A DNA stretch of 64,000 bases from Nitrosopumilaceae archaeon (GTDB lineage Archaea; Thermoproteota; Nitrososphaeria; Nitrososphaerales; Nitrosopumilaceae): positions 2,400,001-2,464,000 of the forward strand of contig CBDCCK010000002.1 in assembly GCA_965214835.1 (NCBI GenBank). Reading direction: 5' to 3'. This document shows positions 63,287-64,000 of this stretch, one piece after another (position 1 is the first letter of the stretch; the number at the start of each line of letters is the position of its first letter). The notes under the pieces were generated by a model. The model was not told the DNA's origin. It saw only the letters and a list, made by a program, of their open reading frames with translations, and ran no database searches. The position numbers and the translations under genes were made by a program.

Positions 63287-63578
63287 CCCCTCTTTTTTAT
63301 CCAAATTTATAACAGTCATAAACGGGCTGGCTGTAGGAGCTTTTCTATATGTTGTCATCATTGGCAGCATTATGGGATTTGTTTTAGATCCTGTGGATCC
63401 TGCGGATCTGCTGCAAAACTTTTACAACCCCGTTATCTTGGTCTCAAGTGCGTTCTTGCTACTTAGCGTTGTTATTTTTCCATTTGTCATCCCGCTATGG
63501 AAGAGCAAGATCAACAGGATATTGTCCTGGTGTACGACAGGCGGCTTTTTGATATGGATGTCTCTTTTTTTGTTTTAG
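63276..63578 (+). CDS. 3-TM small membrane protein overlapping the upstream gene
   Basis: TTG start overlaps the upstream 3' end; three hydrophobic segments. Confidence 0.7.
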   Translation: MTTNPSFLSKFITVINGLAVGAFLYVVIIGSIMGFVLDPVDPADLLQNFYNPVILVSSAFLLLSVVIFPFVIPLWKSKINRILSWCTTGGFLIWMSLFLF

Positions 63579-63579
63579 A

Positions 63580-64000
63580 CGCCCAGTCTTCCTCCTTGTC
63601 CGTCCGCTTGAAATCCATGACGCCGGTCACCACGAACCTGGACGGCCTCGTGCTGCACTGCGGCAAGACTGCCGACGGAAACGTCAACGACAAGGGCATG
63701 ATGAACGCGGGAGGCGGCCCTGACTTTGGAAGGCACACCAGGGCAATGAAGAACGCAGCAAACGCAGCCGACCCGCAAAAGGCGTTTGTGATTTACAGCG
63801 ACCTGGGCTTTGAGGGCATCCAGAAGACGCTCCCGGACGCCATACACAGGCAGCCTCCCAAGAAGCCCAGAGACGGGGAGCTGACCGCGATGCAGGAGAG
63901 GCGCCGCAAGCAGATCAGCAGGGTCCGCGTCAAGGTGGAGCACCACATAGGGAAGCTCAAGAAATATGCCATCCTGACCACGCCGTTTGGCGGAACCGCC
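63580..64000 (+). mobile_element. IS5-family transposase fragment (runs off window edge)
   Basis: YSDLGFEGI, PPKKPR..ELT, RVKVEHHIGKLK. Confidence 0.8.

Overview
This 64 kb window comes from an ammonia-oxidising archaeon of the Nitrosopumilaceae type. The evidence is an archaeal type II GAPDH, a Snf7/CdvB ESCRT-III gene, Hjc, HMG-CoA synthase, a thiolase/DUF35 pair, the bioDABF cluster and typical thaumarchaeal hypothetical genes. Intact housekeeping genes (ilvA, purE/purK, thrC, gap, biotin cluster, ccdA/DipZ, DsbA) alternate with a very heavy load of IS elements (IS66, IS5/ISL2, ISH3, IS3, IS481, IS630), several MITE families and IS-disrupted or frameshifted genes. This suggests a host-associated, possibly sponge-symbiont, genome in decay (inference). 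I saw no rRNA, tRNA, cas gene or canonical CRISPR array. The most striking signal is three independent repeat-spacer-repeat scars at 26599, 45029 and 53982. Each has a 35-36 bp exact duplication of an unrelated local site around a 36-37 bp unique insert, and each starts at a CC|CG junction. One lies inside an IS3 transposase gene, which shows it was an insertion with a 36-bp target duplication. This geometry matches off-target Cas1-Cas2 spacer integration. Other highlights are an IS66-split ParB-like/HEPN-like gene paired with a Dam-type methylase, a sulfotransferase frameshifted at a G9 tract, secreted pre-pro-protein plus small membrane protein pairs, and Cache sensor proteins with no output domain.
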